A DNA stretch of 63,849 nucleotides, the filler included, from Saprolegnia diclina VS20 (lineage: Eukaryota): assembly GCF_000281045.1 (NCBI RefSeq). It is 8 parts of 3 records of this genome, joined end to end, with 100 filler letters (N's around TTAATTAATTAA, not from the genome) between each part and the next. Parts side by side here need not be neighbours in the genome. Positions count along the whole stretch, not along the records: positions 16,771 to 38,536 come from NW_008246099.1; positions 38,637 to 43,068 come from NW_008246100.1; 6 more parts are not named here. One strand, written 5' to 3'. The notes under the pieces are model-generated. The model was not told the origin of the DNA. It made no database searches and saw only the letters and a program-made list of their open reading frames with translations. The translations under genes were made by a program, and so were the position numbers. Shown piece by piece: positions 27,526 to 39,283 of the stretch. Every line of letters begins with the position of its first letter. Position 1 is the first letter of the stretch.

Positions 27526-30500
27526 CTACACTCTGTCTTGGCGCGTTTCCTGCAGCTCGGCGAGCCGGCGCTGGTACTTGGTCGCCGTCGCCTACGGATC
27601 ACAATAGCACTGCATGAACAAGGGCTCGATGTATCACCTTGAGCAGCTGCTTGAAGCTAGCGACCTCCTCCGTGAGCATGATGTTGCGCGTGAGCAGCTC
27701 GGCACAGCGACGCTCGGTCTCTTCCACATGGGCCATGTTGGCCGACGGTACTTTGTGCAGCTTTTTGAGCTTTTGATTCTCTTTTTGCAGCGCCCGAAGC
27801 TCCGCGCTGAGCTCGACCGCATCCGTCTGCTTGGCGGCGTGCAGCTGTCGCAGCTCGGCAATCTGTGCGAGCAGCGTCTCCTGCATCTGCCGCACTTGCG
27901 CCGCGCTGTCGTTTCCCACCTCGGGCGTTGGCGTGGCGCTGGACCGCTCCCATTGTGCCAGTAGTCGGTCGCGGTCTGCTTTGATACTCGCGCACTCGGC
28001 GTTCAAGCGCGTGAGCTCTGAGCTCTTCTCGGCCAACATGCCTTTGTAGCTCTCGACAATCGATAAATTCTTTTCGAGCTGGAGGTGCAAATCGTGTTGC
28101 GTGGCCTCGAACTTGGTGCGCCAGAGCTCCGCCGCTGCCTCGCTGTCGGCGTGACGGGCCGCAGACTCGGATGCCCACGCCTCCATGTCCTTGGGCACGT
28201 CATCCGCTTGCTAATGGATATGCAGGAGATACGAGATGTAGATGCTTTGGCTTGTACCACATCGTGGTCGTGGAGAATTCGGCGCAGACGGAGTGCCACG
28301 TCATGAAGCTGGTATGTGCGGCGCTGCCACTGCGTCGCGTCCAAGCGCGTCTCGCGAAGCAGTGCGAAAAGGTCCGCCTCCTTTTTCCGAAACGAGTCGA
28401 CGAGTTCTTTGGCGATGACGTCGTCACCCGCAGCAGGCGCCGCGCCCGACGCCGCCCGCAAGAGCTGCTCGAGCTTGGCGCGGTAGTCGCGCTCGGTAGC
28501 TTCGAGGTCCATCGCTTGGCGAGTGCTATTCGCGTCGTCTCAGCGTTTGAAACAAATGGCGTGGACTTGGTTACATGGTTTGCGTCAGCGCCTCGATCTC
28601 GCTCGCCTTTCTGGTCACGACCGTCTCCAGATTGAGGATCTGGCGCGCCATTTGACGCGTCTACAACATGCAGTGACCAGATGAAAGACGACCCAACAGC
28701 GCAGTCGTACGGTCGATGTGAGCGTCTTGACTTGGTCTTGCAGCGCCTCGATGCGAGCCTATGCCAACCCAGTGGGTGAGGTAGTCCATCGCACTCGATT
28801 CACTGCACCTGGGCGGCGGTCGCTTGGTCCTGAGCTTGCTGCTGCAGCTGTCGAGCAATGCTCGCACGCTCCTGGAGCGCTTCTTGCGCTGCCTTTTCGT
28901 ACTGCAGCTGCCGCGCGTCGGCCTCGAGACGCAGCGCCTTGACTTGCAGTTCGAGCTCCACCTACGTCACTCTTCTTCATATCGCGCATCAAGACAGTTG
29001 TTTACACTGGTCTTGGTGAGGCTCTCCGTTCTCTGTTTCTCGGCGGCGAGGTGCTCGTGGAGCTCGCTCGTCTGCTTGGCCAGCGTATCCAGTGCCACTT
29101 GGTCCTTGGCACGCAGCTCTAACGCGTCCTTCTTTCCACGTTCGAGGTCCACCATTTGCTACGCACGATAAATTATGCGGCGCGAGGGACTTGAACCTAC
29201 CCCCAGCAGCGTCTTCTTTTGGTTGACGAGCGTCAAGAGTTCGAGTCCGACTTGCTGGTGCGTAGCGACTTCCTTCTCGTAGGCACTGCGGAGTGCGACA
29301 AAGTTGGTCTTGAGCGCCACAAACTCGATCGCGAGCTCTCGCTTCTCGCTCATCGCCGCACTCGCCGCGTCCTGCGCGCGCTTCAAGTGCGCGGCGTGCT
29401 CCTCCTCGCGCATTTGGAGTTCGAGCACGTCGTTCTCGGCGTTGAGGAGCTTGGTTGTGAGCGCAAACGAGTTCTTCTCAATGTCTTCTTGGCTCGACGC
29501 GTGGGCCAGCTGGAGGTCGACGAGTGCTTTGCTCAGACGCAACTTCTCTCGCTCGCTCTCGAGCAGTTGCTGGCGCACGCTCACATCGCCCTCCACAAGT
29601 GATTGGTACTTGGTTCGATACTCGGCAAGCGCTTTTTGCAGCGACTCGACGTGCTCTCGGAGCTTGATTTTCTCGAGGTTTTCTCGAATGCAGCGGCCTT
29701 CAAGCTCGTGCGTCGTTTGCAGCAGCGACACAAGGTCGCTCGATTCGTCGCTATTGTTGTTGTTCGCGTTCGAACGGGTCTTGGCAAAGGCCAGTTCGCC
29801 CTTGAGCGACTGCGTCTCGCGCTCGTACCGGCGTTGCTAGCACCCGTTCCCCGCTAAAAGTCTAGCTGCATAGAGGCAGTGACCTACCAACCCGTCGACC
29901 AAGTCGTTGTGAACGATGGGGAAGTTGTGCACTTGCTGCAGCAGCGACGCGATCAGCAAGCTGGCTTTGGTGCCGTCAAAGTCATTGGGGACAAGCCCGA
30001 TACACGCCTACATATAGGCTGTCAGCAACATATATGTACACGCTGCAGATCGAGCGGACCATCGTGGAGCAGTCGCCGCCGAGCGCCTGCCGCAAGTGGT
30101 CGGTCAAAAGCGAAACATCGTAGGGCGGGAACAACGTGGTCGGCGGAGTCGAGAGAGCCCGCAAGAGGCTTTCGAATGCAACGAGTGACTTGGTGAGAAG
30201 CGGACTCTCGGCCAAGCGCATCGACTAGCAAAGGTAGAGGTTGTATCAAGTTGATACTTGCAGCTAGTACCTCGTTGAGATGGTTGAGCGCGGGCAAGTT
30301 GATGACATCCAAGCGCGAGTAGGTGGCTTTGCGACTACCAGTAGTTTCGACTTGCTTGATATGCACCTACGACGTAGTTATGGTCAGCGATACACAGACA
30401 AGAGCGCGTTCTACTCGAAAAATGGCCGCGGCAAAGTCGATGGCTGGTGTACCGTGTGCGGTTGCGCCGGCATGGCGCCGCATCCGCGCTTGGGCAAGGA

Positions 30501-31000
30501 CGCTCGAGAGCGCTGCGACAGAGTTGATCGGGCCGACTCGCGTCGCGTGGTCGATGTGCGGTATGACCACGGGCTTGGGCGATAGCAAGTCCTAGCGCAC
30601 TCGGCTGAGCGATTGAATGTTAGTAGTGCTGAAAGACCATCGCCGTCTCTTCATAAATCTCGACAAACGAAACCCGAAGAAAGTACGTTGTCGACGTCCT
30701 TGCACTGAGGAGTGCGATGAGCGTCGATAGCACGGCCGCCACAAGCCCGTGGGTCGTCTCGTCGCCTTGGAACACAGCCACGTGCGGCGAGAGCGCGCTG
30801 CCGCCACAGAGAATGCACCCGTGGACGCCGTCGACGACGGCTTGCAGAAGCGGCTGCATCGACTGGCGCACAAGGTCGTCGGCCGTCGGCGCTTGCAGCG
30901 CATGGTCCACCCGGAGACTCGACGATCCGGCCTACACTGTCCCTTTCTAGCCCATGCGCAACGCTACGGACGAGTCAACCTTGGCGGTCGCGGTGATTTG
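27526..31000 (-). CDS. Degenerate kinesin-motor-like domain followed by long coiled coil with CCDC78/DUF4472-like segment (multi-exon; 5' end uncertain)
   Basis: Kinesin remnants QPLLQAVVDGVHGCILCGG, LRVSFVEIYEE, SRLDVINLP and SLLTDHLRQALGGDCST. The coiled-coil segment LLESEREKLRLSKALVDLQ..FALTTKLLNAENDVLEL resembles DUF4472. Confidence 0.65.
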
Positions 31001-31336
31001 CTTGGACGAGGTCACCTCGAGGGCACAAGGCTCTATGGCATGGCATTGGAAGCGAGTCGAGTAGGCTCAAGGTGCGTACCGCCGCCAACAGGGCGTGCGC
31101 TGGCCGTGTACACGCACACCTAGACAGCCAGGTGGGCGATGCTGCAATGCATTGGGCGTACCGGCATCGCGACGCCAGACGGAGCATAATCGTCCGGCGG
31201 CTCCATGCGGGACCGACGTTATGAGCACGAAACGGGCGTTGCTACGAATATGTAGCAACAAAGACTCGACCGCCACGATGTACACTCTGTCGGCGGTATT
31301 TAGATAGGTTTATAGTATACGGTGAGAACAACTGAA

Positions 31337-32161
31337 TCAAATGGCTGGGCATTGCATGGCGAGAGCCTCCTGTTTCAAACGGTCGCATGTGCGGGACGGC
31401 GTGGACGCGTTCGATGCAAGCGACGTCGACGGCTGTGCTGAGGGCACCACTGGCACGGAGCTCGTCGCAGGTGTCGGGCTGGAGGAGGCGACGGGGAGAG
31501 GCGAGTCAGCCGTCGTGGCACCAGCGGCGACAGGCGTCGCGGAGCCGGCCACGGCTGCTTCCCAGCATGTCGTAAAGAACTGGCCTTTGTTGAACTCCCA
31601 CTCCCACTTGAAGCTGTACTGGCCGGGCGCAATGTCGGCTTCAAGGTCAAAGCACATGGTGCAGAGCGCCTTGTCCGTGTTGGCGCAAAAGTTCTGGCAG
31701 TTCTGGAACCCCTTGTGGTCGATCTTACCGTCGACATGCTTGCCGTTGAGGTGCTCGTACGTCTTTCCGCTAAAGTCGTCGGTCGTGGCGCCGAGGGCCG
31801 TCCGCGAGATGATCGTCTCTTGGTCCGGGATGTACGGGCCCGTGCACGTATCCGCGACGTGGTTCTTTGGCGGGTACGCGAGGCAGACGCGCTGCCCAGG
31901 GGTGTACGTTGCCGTCGGGATCGCCTTGGCTGCGTCCGAGCCGTAGGCGCATTGGCACTGCTTCTTTTCAATGTTCATGCCTGTATCGACGCCAAAGCCC
32001 GCAGCCGTCTGGCGCTCGCTGCAGCGTGGGCGGCCCTTGCAGAGCGACGGGTCCCATGGCTGGTCAGGCGCCGCCATGCGGTAGTCGGTGCATTCGATCC
32101 ACGAGTGACCGGCGGCGCTGGCCGCGAGGCAGGCGACGAGGGAGATGACGTAGCTGCGCAT
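31337..32161 (-). CDS. Secreted Cys-rich protein with His at mature position 1 (LPMO-like candidate) and S/T/P-rich tail, 274 aa
   Basis: MRSYVISLVACLAASAAG|HSWIECTDY gives a signal peptide followed by His. A second His lies in YPPKNHV, and the domain ends in PGQYSFKWEWEFN..FFTTCWE. Intronless. Confidence 0.8.
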   Translation of the reverse strand: MRSYVISLVACLAASAAGHSWIECTDYRMAAPDQPWDPSLCKGRPRCSERQTAAGFGVDTGMNIEKKQCQCAYGSDAAKAIPTATYTPGQRVCLAYPPKNHVADTCTGPYIPDQETIISRTALGATTDDFSGKTYEHLNGKHVDGKIDHKGFQNCQNFCANTDKALCTMCFDLEADIAPGQYSFKWEWEFNKGQFFTTCWEAAVAGSATPVAAGATTADSPLPVASSSPTPATSSVPVVPSAQPSTSLASNASTPSRTCDRLKQEALAMQCPAI

Positions 32162-32569
32162 GCTGAGGCTTCTGAGGTACCGAGCAAAACTGAAAGTGAT
32201 GCGACCGCAGCGTAGGCTGAGGTCGTAGAAGCGAGGTCGCCCTGTCGCTCTCGTCAACCAAACCCCACGGCGGCAAAATATCGAATCCAACACCGTTTCA
32301 ACGTGTTTTAAACACATTTGAAAACCATCTGTTTTGAACCGTTTCATCAACGACCACCACCGCAAGCAAGTCGCCGGGACCACATATTCCTTGGTGTCGC
32401 GCGCCGTCGCATGTAGGAGGCAGACACGCCACCGCGACGTTGTTAATGCGTTAAACACACCAATAAGGCGAGTTGTCGAGAAAGAACGCTGGCTTCGTAG
32501 TAGTCGGCGACGGCAGCATATGCGCACGTACAGTATATCTGCTACTCGTAAAAAAGGTTACATCGCGGG

Positions 32570-32900
32570 CGGCATCAGAGTCGCCCGCGATATAGCAGCT
32601 CGTAGACGCCAGGGGCATACTCGAGGACGAGGACCAAGATGTGAGCGTCCTCGAACGATGTAACCCGCCGGACAACGTTTATGTCCACCAACAAAGCTTG
32701 GATCGCGAGCGTATCGTTGCGTATCGCCAGCTGGGATGACCTTGAGAGCGTACTCGGTGCCGGCCGTCGCGTCTCGCGCCAGGGAGACGGTCGCCGCCCC
32801 GGCCCAACTGGCGCCCGACGTCAAACGATTGCCAGTCCTCAGGAGCGCTGGCTTGCTCCGCGACCGATACGCTCGCGTCGTGGCTCGTTGCCGCGCCCAT
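32570..32900 (-). pseudogene. Degraded Ser/Thr protein kinase fragment (subdomains I-V), frameshifted
   Basis: MGAAT..FDVGRQLGRG / (frame change) ATVSLARDATAGTEYALKVI / (frame change) NVVRRVTSFEDAHILVLVLEYAPG. No HRD or DFG downstream. Confidence 0.65.
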
Positions 32901-34368
32901 TCTGCAGATTCGAAATTTAATAGCGTTATCCGGACGTTTGACGACCAGGATGACGTGGCGGCGCGATGTACACTCGCTCGTTGTCGTTGTCTTGCGCTCG
33001 GCAGTGCCGCTTCGAACCCCGGCCCCGACGCCTTTTTAACGCATGCAACACGGACGTTTCGCAAGTTAGCGCGTTCACCAACCACGTTGGCAGAGACAAT
33101 GTCCACACTCGGCGGTGCTCGATCGCATCGGACCGCCAGTGGCGTCAATGGAGGCGAGCAGATCTGTGCCGCACGGCAATCGTGGGTGGGGCAATGGCTT
33201 GGGTTCGAGTCGTGTCTTCTGACAGCCTTTCTCTCAAGAAGCCAAGTCTCCTGCAGGGTGTCGTCGATGACAGAACAGCAAGACGAGATTACGCTTGGAT
33301 ACTGTGGTTAGGATAACGTTGGTTAAATGAGTAGCAACAGCAGTTGGCAAAAAGAGTAGCAGCAGCAGCGCCGCCCCGAGTCCCGCAACGGCTGAACCTT
33401 TACGAGGGAGCATCGCACCCTTCTCCACACAGGTTGTTGTGACTGGCCTGCCGAAGTAGTCCTCGGTTTGACTGCTGCTGCTGCTACGTTGCCTTTGTAG
33501 CATTGCGCGCTGCCTGCCTATGTTGGACACGTTTAGGATAATACATATTCATGGTCGGCGGCGGAAAAGGGCCTGCGCCAGCGGGGACTGAACCCTGTGC
33601 CTTCCGCTTACGAAGCAGAAATCCACCGACTAGACAAAGGGGCGCCACGAGGGACAACCCGCAACGTGCCATGCGTTGAGTTGAAAAAGCGAAATGGAGC
33701 TTGATAACAGCACCGGTGCAGCGTATGGTCGCTTCGTTGATAGCTGCGAGCTAGCGTAAACGCTGCACGACCATCCATGGGTACACTGTCCTCTCGGTCC
33801 TGCGACCGAGCACCTGTGTTTCAATGTCAAGTTGCGTGCACTTAGCCTTGCGGTGTTGCAGGACGCTCGACTGGCGCCGCCAGTTTGCTGGATCCAAATA
33901 CGACGTTGCTCGATGCAAGAGTACGCAATGTAGTGTAGGTACACGACAATGACCGCATTGTTGTAATGAGTTTTCAATGCAATTATCTAGTGTGAATGAA
34001 ACGCTACGAGTGCAGATCATACAAGACGTCGAGCACGCAGCAGCAGCACCGGGTGAGCCCGCTGAGGTAGCCAGCATAGCTGGTTTGAGAGGCGAACCAC
34101 CCTTGCAGCCAGCCGTCGCAGGCACATTCTCGTCCGCACGTGCCAAAGCGAGACGTTAGGCGTGTCGCTCGCTCATGGGCGGAAATAGCTACTATCCCAA
34201 GCACTTGTCGTATGGATAGTTTTGGTGGCGCGAGATAGCGCGACCTATTTGTGTGCCCATGTCCACGGCAGTGAATTTTGAATTTCCGGATATCTTGCCG
34301 GACATGTCGCATATTCGCTTGGATAAGTTCGGTTTGGAGGCATTTTGCAATCGTGTCCAACAGTCGCG

Positions 34369-35586
34369 ATGGCGAGCTCTCCCGACGACGCCTGGTACAC
34401 GCTCCGCTGCTGCAACGACCAGCAGCTCCAGAACATCTACCTCATCGTTGGCTACACCGTTCTCATCTTCAAGCTGTACGTTGCGAGAGGAGATTGCCAC
34501 GGCTCACGCGCTTTGTAGTTGGCGCTTTCCGCTCATTCATCCGTTCAAGATTCTGTGCGTGCGCTGTTATGACGCTCTCGTCGCTCATGGACGATGTACA
34601 TAGGACCGTCTTCCTTCACGAGATGGGCCATGCCAGCGCGGTCTGGCTAACATGCGGCAAGGTGCGTTCATCATGCGCCTCGCATCTGATCTTATTGGCG
34701 TCATGGACATGCAGGTCACGGGCATGGAGGTACATCCGAACGAAGGCGGTGTGACCAAGTACGTTGGTGGCATCGCGTTCATCATCGTACCTGCGGTATG
34801 CGATCGCCTTCTCGGTGTACTTGAGCTTACATCAAGCCGCGCGTAGGGCTACTTGGGCTCAGCCGTCTGGGGCATGGCGCTCGTCATTGCCAGGTAGAAA
34901 CCCATCTACTGTCCTACCGCCATCTCACGTATCCATAGTCCCAACAAGCTCGCGGCCGAAATCGCAGCCGGCGTCCTCATCGCGCTCCTCTTTGTCTTTA
35001 TCTTTTACGCGCAAAACGCGTACCTGCGCTATCTCAACGCGGGCTTTATTGTGCTGCTTGGCGGTTTGCTGGCGCTGACACTCGCCACCGAGTACAACGG
35101 CGTGCGCTACCTCGTGCTGCTCGTGGGTGTCATGAGCTGTCTCTTTTCGATCTACGACATTTGGGACGACCTCATTGCACGCCGCGTCAACGACAGGTAT
35201 TCTCGTGAGATGGCTTTCAAGTGTCCACACGTCACTAATGTGTAGTGACGCGTCAGTATTTGCCAAGATGACGCACACCTCGAGTCGGTGCTGGGGCGTC
35301 ATCTGGGGCCTCTTTGCGCTAGCCACGATGGGGTGCGCTCTGTACTTCAACCTCGTCGTCGCCATGCACTCGTACGCCTCGACGCCGACCATTCACGCTG
35401 CCTCCGAGATGACGTCCGGCACGCTCGCAGCGCTCGTCCTCGCTGCGAGTGTTGTCGTCCTCGGCGTCGTGCACACGGTCTTGACCCGTCGCTGTACGTT
35501 CTTTCGATCTGAATTCTCGAATCAACGGTGCGGTAGGTATGGTTCGAACGGGGTCCCACCAAGCTGGCTACGGCGCTGCTCCGTAA
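34369..35586 (+). CDS. Peptidase M50B-like intramembrane metalloprotease (multi-exon)
   Basis: PFKIL|TVFLHEMGHA (HExxH), VHPNEGGVT, PAGYLGS, GVMSCLFSIYDIWDD and SDAS motifs, with multiple TM helices. Confidence 0.88.
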
Positions 35587-35649
35587 CCTGTGTACCAACA
35601 ACTCTTTCATTTGCATGGTCGAATCCATTGCTGCATGCAAAAATGAAGT

Positions 35650-36752
35650 TTAGGACGACGTGTGACGGCGAAGGGACGCCAGCGCCTTGGCGGCTTGGAG
35701 AGAGAAGACGCGTGTAAACGTGTTGGGCGGGACGCCATTCGTGAGCACGTCCAGTGGTACGATGGCCGCGCCGTGATGGTACATGCGAAGCGAGGGGTCG
35801 GGGTTGACCTCGAGGAGGAGAGCGCGACCCGCGCTGTCGACCTACCGGTACCAGAATCTGGTCGCTGAAATGTGATACGGTGACGTACCATAAAGTCCCA
35901 CCCAAAGAGCTCGTAGCAGTTGGGTAGCGAGAAGAAGTGACGCCGGTTCCGTGCGCGCGTCAGATTCTGAAACACAACGCGGACGCTCGCGTGAATCTGG
36001 TCGAGGATCTGGTCGTGGTCGAGGCCTGTCACGTCCGAAAGCGCCAGATTCTGGGCCGCCTCATTGTAGGTTGGAGCCTCCTTGTTGGCGCTCAAGTTGG
36101 TCACGTGCACGAGCGGGTTGTCGAGCGCATCGTCGCGGTACGCCTCCGTCGCTACGAGCGCGCGGACGTCGTGGAAGACGTAGACGTCGAGGTGGCCGAC
36201 CTTTTCCCAGAGAAGCCTGAGTCTCTATCTAAACCAGGAGGAACCGTACCGCCAAGACGAGGACCCGCAGATGAAACTTGCGATGGCGGTGCCCGAGCCA
36301 TGGCGAAATGTACCGCTGAACGACTCGTTTTTGCCTAAGCGAGCAGCACGTACAGCCTAGAAAGTCGTTGGATCATGGCGTACTTGTCGAGGAAGAGATC
36401 GTAGGTCAGCGACGCGTCGTCAAAGAAGAAGATGCCGAACGCGTTGCTCGAGTCGCAGAGCTTCAGCACGTATCGCAGCGGCGGCGCATCGTCGTTCTTT
36501 GGCGTGTCGTTAGACAAGGCGTCGACGAGCTCGTCGTACGAGCCAACGACACGCGTCCACGGCATTACGTCCTGTGCGTACAACGGCAAGAGATCCTTGC
36601 GGATCAAGCCGCTGCGCATAAAGTACTTGTCTATTCGCACGCCATTTGACCTTATTTTGGCCGCGACAGTGGTTACCTGCGCTTAGCCGCTGCTCGAGCA
36701 CGTCGTTCCATGGGATGCTGCGCCACGCGCGACCTACTTCGTGCTGCAGCAT
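35650..36752 (-). CDS. Tubulin-tyrosine-ligase (TTL/TTLL, ATP-grasp) family protein, Pby1-like motifs
   Basis: GLIRKD, YVLKLCDSSNAFGI, RKFHLRVLVLAV, HVTN, YELFGWDFM and LLEVNPDP. Confidence 0.85.
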
Positions 36753-36791
36753 CGCAATCGAATCTGCAAAGATCGCACCGCCTGTCTGTCG

Positions 36792-36819
36792 TATCCGGAT
36801 TTATGTTTGTTATCCGGAA
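36792..36819. promoter_or_regulatory. Twin TATCCGGA(T/A) palindromic elements in the 104-bp bidirectional spacer between the TTL-family gene and vasohibin
   Basis: TATCCGGAT at 36792-36800 and TATCCGGAA at 36811-36819. The same motif occurs upstream of many other genes in the window. Confidence 0.6.
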
Positions 36820-36856
36820 GAATGCGTGTGTGTAGCCATGAAACTCATCTTCCGAG

Positions 36857-38503
36857 ATGGCGAGTGAGCATCTCCGGGTCGTGACCGAGGCTGTGCTGCG
36901 GACGCCCGAGCTGCCCGAGGTACGTACACGTATGGCCTAAGCGCGTAGATGCAATGAAGCGCTTGGTCTAGCCGCCGGTGCCGGAGCCGCCGAAATGGAA
37001 GGCGAAGGGCTCGATCAAGACCAAGCTCCACGCGGTGCAGGCGTACCTCAATGCGCTCGAGTACAACTACACGGGGAAGCTCTACTTTAACGTCAACAAA
37101 CACCGGAGCTACAAGAGCATTTACGGCACGGCCAAGGAGATCATGGCAGAGGCGCTTCCGATCCAATGCCTCGAAGCCGTCTTTGTCGCTGCCTACTTGA
37201 CGGCGCATGGCATGCCCGAGTACGAAGGCATGAACCCAAGCCAGCAGATAGAGCGCGTCCCGATTAGCTTCAAATCGACGTCCGGTGGCAGCGTCTTTCG
37301 CCACATCATTCTCGGTGTCAAGCACCAGGTAGCAGCAGGTTGCCTCCGGCATCCTTCCATGTACTATCTAGCACCTCTGGGGTGCACTGGGCTTGAGTCG
37401 CAACCCGTCCCTCATGAACAAGGACCTCAAGTACAAGGTGCGATTCTCTCCGTCGGATCGTTGGGTGCAAAGTTGTGTGCAGCACTTTAGCGAGCTGCTC
37501 GCCGACTACGTCGAGAACTTTACCAAATGCCACCACACGGTGACCAAGATCTACGTCGGGTTTCCCTTCAGCCACGACATTCACTCGTCCGAAAAGGTCC
37601 AGTGGCGGGTACACAGCATTACAAGTATTGTTATATTCATGCCGAGAGCGCGCTGTAGGTGCTCAATATCAAGATCAGCGACCATCCGTGGGACGCGGTT
37701 GCTGTGCAATTCGATCTCTTTATGCGCGAGTCGTCCGAGATCATGAGGTAGATACATCTTTGTATCATCCCTTGGTGCGACACTATGCACTACTAGCCAT
37801 CTCCATCGCGTCGGGGAGCTCCCAGAGAGCTTTGCCGACAAGTATCCCCTGCACAAGCCGCCAAAGAAAGGGGTGCACCCCCGCGGCCACCATCGATCGA
37901 GGTGCGTTCTCTCGCTCGATCTTGTAATGGACGCGTGTGCAGTGAGAGCGAGGGTCTCGGGCAGCAAGACGACGGCGAAGCGTCACCGCCAATCGCGATT
38001 GACGAGCCAGTCGCCCCGGTGGTCGACACGCGCCTTGTGCTATTGCGCCCCGCACCGGCGAGCGTCGTCTTTAAGCGCCTCGCGTCGTCATCGACCGACT
38101 TGGTGGCCTTTCAACCGGCCAACATTTACCTCCACAACGAGTCACCGTTTGTGCTTCAGGTCGACGTGACCCCCGGCGCCTACCTCCTCGTTGTCGGCAA
38201 GCCGCTGGTCAAGACGCAAGGCGACGTGAAGCTCGACCAGCCGTACTGCCGCTTTGTCTTGCAGCCGGTGCGTACAACGCTTTTTGCATCATGTATTATT
38301 TCTGCGTTTAGAGGTCGATCGCGTCGGTGGGGCTGCGCTTCGTTCTGCCAAATTCGGCCGACGAGAGCTCGAAGAAGGCGACCTTTGGCATGAGCTACGT
38401 CGCACTGGACCCTGTCCAGCACAACGCCCCCGTCGTCGACGACCAGATCGCGCAAACAACGCACCTCACCGCGTCGCTGTCGTACCCGTATGAATGGGAC
38501 TGA
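36857..38503 (+). CDS. VASH: Vasohibin (tubulin carboxypeptidase/detyrosinase family) with C-terminal beta-rich extension
   Basis: LEYNYTG..F, EALPIQCLEAV (catalytic Cys), ISFKS, FRHIILG (catalytic His) and WGALGLSRNPSLMNK; multi-exon. Confidence 0.9.
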
Positions 38504-38636
38504 CAGCAAGATTCATGCCACTTGATCTATACCAAANNNNNNNNNNNNNNNNNNNNNNNNNNNNNNNNNNNNNNNNNNNNTTAATTAATTAANNNNNNNN
38601 NNNNNNNNNNNNNNNNNNNNNNNNNNNNNNNNNNNN

Positions 38637-39283
38637 CGCTCCGAGTCGACGGCCGCGAGCGTCACGACATCACCGGACGAGACGAGGTGGCGCGATGGCA
38701 GCGTGAGGCTCTTTTGGTACACGACGTCCATGACGATGGCTTTGGCGTGGCACCCCATCATGGACGTGACGTACTGGCCAAAGTCGATGATGGTGACCGA
38801 GAGAAACGAGAGGCCTGTGAGCAGCCCCGCGAGGCCGTAGCCGGACGAGATGCCAATCACAGTCGAGAGCGGGCCGGTCGCCGGGTCGTGCGCTAAGAAC
38901 TGCAATAGCGAGTGGATGACCGCGGGTTGCGCGAGCATCGGGATCGCATACACGTTGTAGATGAAAAGCGATGCGTAGATCTCGCGGCGCAGCGTGGCCC
39001 AGATGACCTTGTGGAACTCGGGCTTGTCGCCGGCCGCGGCCCACGCGGCGGTGAAGCGGCGGTTGAGCGCGGCGGCCGTGTCGGCGTCGCGCACCGGCCA
39101 AATGTCCGCCTCGGCCAACGGCGAGATGGCGCCGCGGCGAATGAGGCCATCAAGCCACGCCATGAGAAAGATCGAAACGTAGCTTGAAGTGGCGAGCGGG
39201 TGCTGGACCGGCGTCGGCTTGGCTTCCTTGGCCACCGTGGGCGACCGGACCTCGCTGAATGTCGCGTCGTCTCTCGTGTTCAT
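38637..39283 (-). CDS. ABCC/MRP transporter N-terminal fragment (duplicate of 41551-42197), cut by gap
   Basis: Translation identical to the N-terminus of ORF 40614..42251. Confidence 0.8.

Noticed and set aside
33234..34160. Short minus-strand ORFs with hydrophobic stretches resembling C-terminal TM tails
   Set aside because: No coherent gene model, start or domain could be built; they are possibly decayed fragments.
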